A stretch of 39,086 nt of DNA from Basidioascus undulatus (Eukaryota). Location: NCBI GenBank assembly GCA_000826855.1, contig JTLS01000039.1, positions 1-39,086 of the forward strand, given 5' to 3'. Shown here in pieces: positions 35,473 to 39,086 of this stretch. Numbering within the stretch: position 1 is the first letter of the stretch; each line of letters begins with the position of its first letter. A program made the translations under genes and the position numbers. Below the pieces are notes generated by a model, which saw nothing but the letters and a program-made list of their open reading frames with translations, did no database searches and was not told the origin of the DNA.

Positions 35473-36703
35473 CTTGATATAAGGTTCGCTTCGGGGGGAC
35501 GTGGGTGAGAAGGAAAATTACGAGCGGAGGGTGAGGGCAGATAGTACTTTGGATGGAGAGCGACCTCCACGAAGCGAGATGTCCCTTTAACTACACAGGG
35601 AGAGCCGGAGATGTTTTTATAAGCCAAATTCCAAAAATAACTTGCTTCGCCGGGTGGGGCTGCCTTGGATTTCTGACATCTCACGGGTCAGCCAGGTCGA
35701 AGGGGCGGGCGTGGCAAGGGAGTTAGGCAGCAGCGACTTATCCAGGGAAGGCTGTGTATTTGTTTATATTCTTGCTATCTTGAACGACGTGACCAATATA
35801 GATACACTCCCGGGGTTTTCAAGACCGGCGTGACGCAGGTACAGGAGGAAGGCTGCACCGAGCCAGCGTAGCGTTGTGAAAAGGGCCTGGGCAGTGGCAT
35901 GCATGCATGCAGTCACGACCGAAGCAAGGCTAACGCAACCACACAGCTTCCCCCATTAGTTTGTATAGCAGTTTATCTAAAGCTGTGCAGTCCCCCGGTC
36001 TTCTGAAGAGCATAGCAAAGGGGCCAGAAGCAAAGAGTGCCCAGCGGCATGAAGTCGTCACGGACGGGAGTCACTGTGCAAACCAGTGGGCCGCAGTGAC
36101 GTCCCTCTTGGCCCGCGTTTCAAAGGCCATCACAATTGGCACATGGAGAAAAGAAAAAGCCAAGCATACTCTGAAGGACAACTGTGTGCTTGTATGGTTG
36201 GTTTGGAAGCTCTGCGCAGTGGTGTCGCTTAGTGCTCATCTCGACACCGATGTCCCGCCAACAGGCTGACAATCTCCCTGATCTTAGGGAAATCAGTAAA
36301 GTATACTTTATAAAATGTGTGTTCCCTTAAATAGCTTGGAAAACAAGGTCGACCGCCCTGAAGCGAGGAAGCAGAGAAGAGAGAAAGATCTTCGCTTCGC
36401 TCAGGGAAAGACGATGTGAATGGCTTGTGTCTCAAATCTTTCGCCCATGCCGCCCCCCTTCCCCATAAAATTAAGGTTAGGTAAATCAATTTTCATGTAT
36501 AGGTCACTGCCAACGCACCTGTTTGAGGTCCAACTTTGCACGCCCGGGTTCCACGAACATCAACACATGCCCAGCCCAGTCGTGTACACTTCAATCTTAA
36601 CAAGCCTGGGCATTCCCACTCCAACCAGGGGGACACCTCGTCGAGCTTCAGAATTTTATGCAGTTTCCAATTCTCAGCCTTCTTCCCCTCCACGACGTGA
36701 CTC

Positions 36704-37978
36704 TCAACGCCCCTTGAACACCGGCGCCCTCTTTTCTGCAAACGCCTTCAGTGCCTCCTGCCGGTCCTCCGTTCCAAGTAGAGCTTCATAGCACGCCCGC
36801 TCTAGGTCCAACCCGGTATCCCTGATCCCAACCGCAACGGTCAGTCCCCAATCTCCGCAGGAAGTTGCGTGCAGCGAGGACGAGAACGTAGAGAGTAACG
36901 TACAAATCCACCTCAGTCGCACCCGCGATGGCTGTTTTAGCTTGTTTGATGGCGAGGGGAGCTGTGGGAGTAGGGCAGACGGTCAATGAAAAAGAGAAGT
37001 GGGAACGCTGGAAGATGGTGTAAGGATGTACCGTGCGGCGCGATGTTCTGTGCGACTGAAAGGGCTTTGCCGGTGGCGGAATCTGAGGGACCGGCGAGGT
37101 AGTCGACGAGGCCTGAAACCGGATTCTTTTCAGAACATACAAGAAAATATAATTGGCGAGATACAGGGAGAGTACGCACCAAACTCGTACGCCTCCTTCG
37201 CGTCCATTGTCCGGCCGGTAAAAATCAGGCTCTTCGCTTTTGCGGGACCCAGGAGACGCGTGAGACGCTGAGTTCCACCAGCTCTGTAAATCGTGGCCAC
37301 TGAGTAAGTTTATCTCATAAGCAGTCATAGAAATCGACACGCACCCTGGGATAATGGCCAGCTTGACCTCCGGCAGACCGATCTTCGTTGCACCGGGCCC
37401 TACAAGCGAGCAGTGCCATGAGCTCATTGAGAGCCGGGGGAGAGCGGATTGGAAAACAACACACCTGCTACTCTCAGATCGCATGCCAGTGCCAACTCCA
37501 ACCCCCCGCCAAGTGCAACGCCGTCAATCGCAGCCTGCGCCGACTCGCTGTCAATAGCTTTTTACTCTTCCTCATAGCCCAATGGCATACGTACAATTGT
37601 AGGGAAAGGCAAATCCTCGAGCATCCCCAGCATTCCTCTCAGATCCCTCAGGAACCGGTCCACCTGCCCCGCCGTCATCCCCTTGCGCTCCTTCAAGTCC
37701 GCGCCGGAGCAGAACGCTTTGCCCGGGGAGGACGAGTTGAGGACGAGGACGCGGGTCGAGCCGTCATAGCGGACGGTTTCGAGCGCACTCGAGAGATCTT
37801 CGAGGAGCTTGAGTGACAGAGCGTTGTAAGACTGTGGGCGGTCGAGGGTGAGGAGGGAGATGTTGGGGTCCTGAGGTGAGCGGGTGAGCGGGGCGAGAGA
37901 GGCGGGTGTCGAGTAGAGTCGGCGGTTCAGCAGGGGAAGGATACGCTTGGGGATCGATGTGCGCGCTAGGAGCATCAT
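36704..37978 (-). CDS. AUH: Mitochondrial enoyl-CoA hydratase/crotonase, methylglutaconyl-CoA hydratase (AUH)-like
   Basis: Presequence, then [72 protein letters not shown] and [22 protein letters not shown]. Confidence 0.9.
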
Positions 37979-38878
37979 TTCCGGTGATGTTCACGTTTCC
38001 GACTCTGGAATGTCGCTGAGGTAGCGGTTGAAGGAGAAGGCGAGCATCCAAGCCGTCGTCGCATACCGGCCCGGAAACGTTCCACTCCCGAAACCGTCAC
38101 GTGGAGCGAAGCTCGCATTTCTCTGCCATTTCCGGTGGTCTCCAGCGCGAGCACTTTCAATGACATTTCCCAACGTGCTAATTCATAGGTTATGGGCATT
38201 TGGGGAACACGTACAATTCCAAGGGTTCTGCGATGAGGGGCTGGCAGGTGCTCGCACTTCGGTTGTCCAGCCGCAGGCGCAAGCAGGAGGCTTACGTTTG
38301 AGGCAGCTCCCCAATTGCAAAGGCCCTCAAAGGGCTCTTTAACATACTCTTCTGTTGTCAAACACTCTTGCGTATTGAGGTTGAGGCTGGTATCGAGGTC
38401 GCCGTGTTAACAATGCACTGCTCGCGACTTCGCCGCGATGTCCGTGTGAATGCAGCATATGAAAGGCAGCGTATGATTCCCTAAGCCCAGCTGCAAGTGA
38501 AGCATGATCACCTTTTCTTTAACGTCATGAACGAAGATAAATGAAGTGTCCGCAGGCGGCACAAACACCTGAGGGCGAACGGTGCCGCATGCGGCCTTTG
38601 GCCGCCTTGAAAGCCACAGCGCCGCGGTTGGACTTTCCCAGGCTCCGCAGCGTAAGCTCTCATAAAGTTGAGAAATGCTCAGTTAAATTTGTGCTATACT
38701 TACCCTTTGTCAAGTTTTGGCTACGCTGCCGCGCCTTGCGCAGTGAGGGTGATTCCCGCTGCTTGATGCTTGCCGAATGCGTTGTACAGCGACTGAATAG
38801 AGAGCATATCATGCTCTTAGCTCCTAGCTTAGGTCTCATATTGCTTTCCGGGAAGGGCTACCATTGAGGGATTGGCGG

Positions 38879-38885
38879 TATATAA
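38879..38885 (+). promoter_or_regulatory. TATA box for the downstream secreted-protein gene
   Basis: TATATAA about 100 nt upstream of ATG 38987, followed by a CT/CA-rich leader. Confidence 0.5.
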
Positions 38886-38986
38886 GGTGACGGCCACAAC
38901 GTTCACATAGCCCATCTGCAGAGCCGCAGTCCTTCACATCTCTCCACACCTATTACACAACAACAGCTTCACCCAAGCATTCCAAA

Positions 38987-39086
38987 ATGCGGTCCTTCAG
39001 TCTAGCCCTCGCTATTCTCGCCATGTCTGCTTCCAGCTTCGCCCGCGCACTCCCGGCCGAACCCGGCGGGCTTTCCCGTCGAGCCG
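38987..39086 (+). CDS. 5' end of a secreted protein, running off the right edge
   Basis: AAAATG start context. MRSFSLALAILAMSASSFARALPAEPGGLSRRA reads as a signal peptide, A-LP cleavage and an RR propeptide site. Confidence 0.7.
   Translation, partial: MRSFSLALAILAMSASSFARALPAEPGGLSRRA

Overview
Eukaryotic, intron-dense fungal DNA with short introns (about 45-170 nt; GTGCGT/GTGAGT/GTCCGT donors, CTRAY branch sites) and GC-rich exons. This fits a basidiomycete, possibly a Pucciniomycotina yeast (inference only). Most six-frame ORFs are single exons or antisense shadows, so gene models were spliced by hand. Apparently intact genes: a probable mitochondrial protein with an HPD-less J-like domain, a TPT/SLC35C2-like nucleotide-sugar transporter, a flavin-containing monooxygenase, an 88-aa membrane protein, two tail-to-tail flavin-reductase-like paralogs, NSP1, COQ10, an acidic secreted precursor with Kex2-type sites, and an AUH-like enoyl-CoA hydratase. 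Partial genes lie at both edges. A Zn2Cys6 transcription factor has probable lesions. The 24-29 kb stretch holds three pseudogenes: an AlkB-like and an alcohol-acyltransferase-like fragment joined at an apparent deletion junction, and an alpha/beta hydrolase. No RNA genes, CRISPR arrays or recognisable transposons were found. The best leads are the acidic-propiece/cationic His-rich peptide precursor, the HPD-less J-like protein, and the possibly decaying TF/flavoenzyme neighbourhood. None is proven novel.
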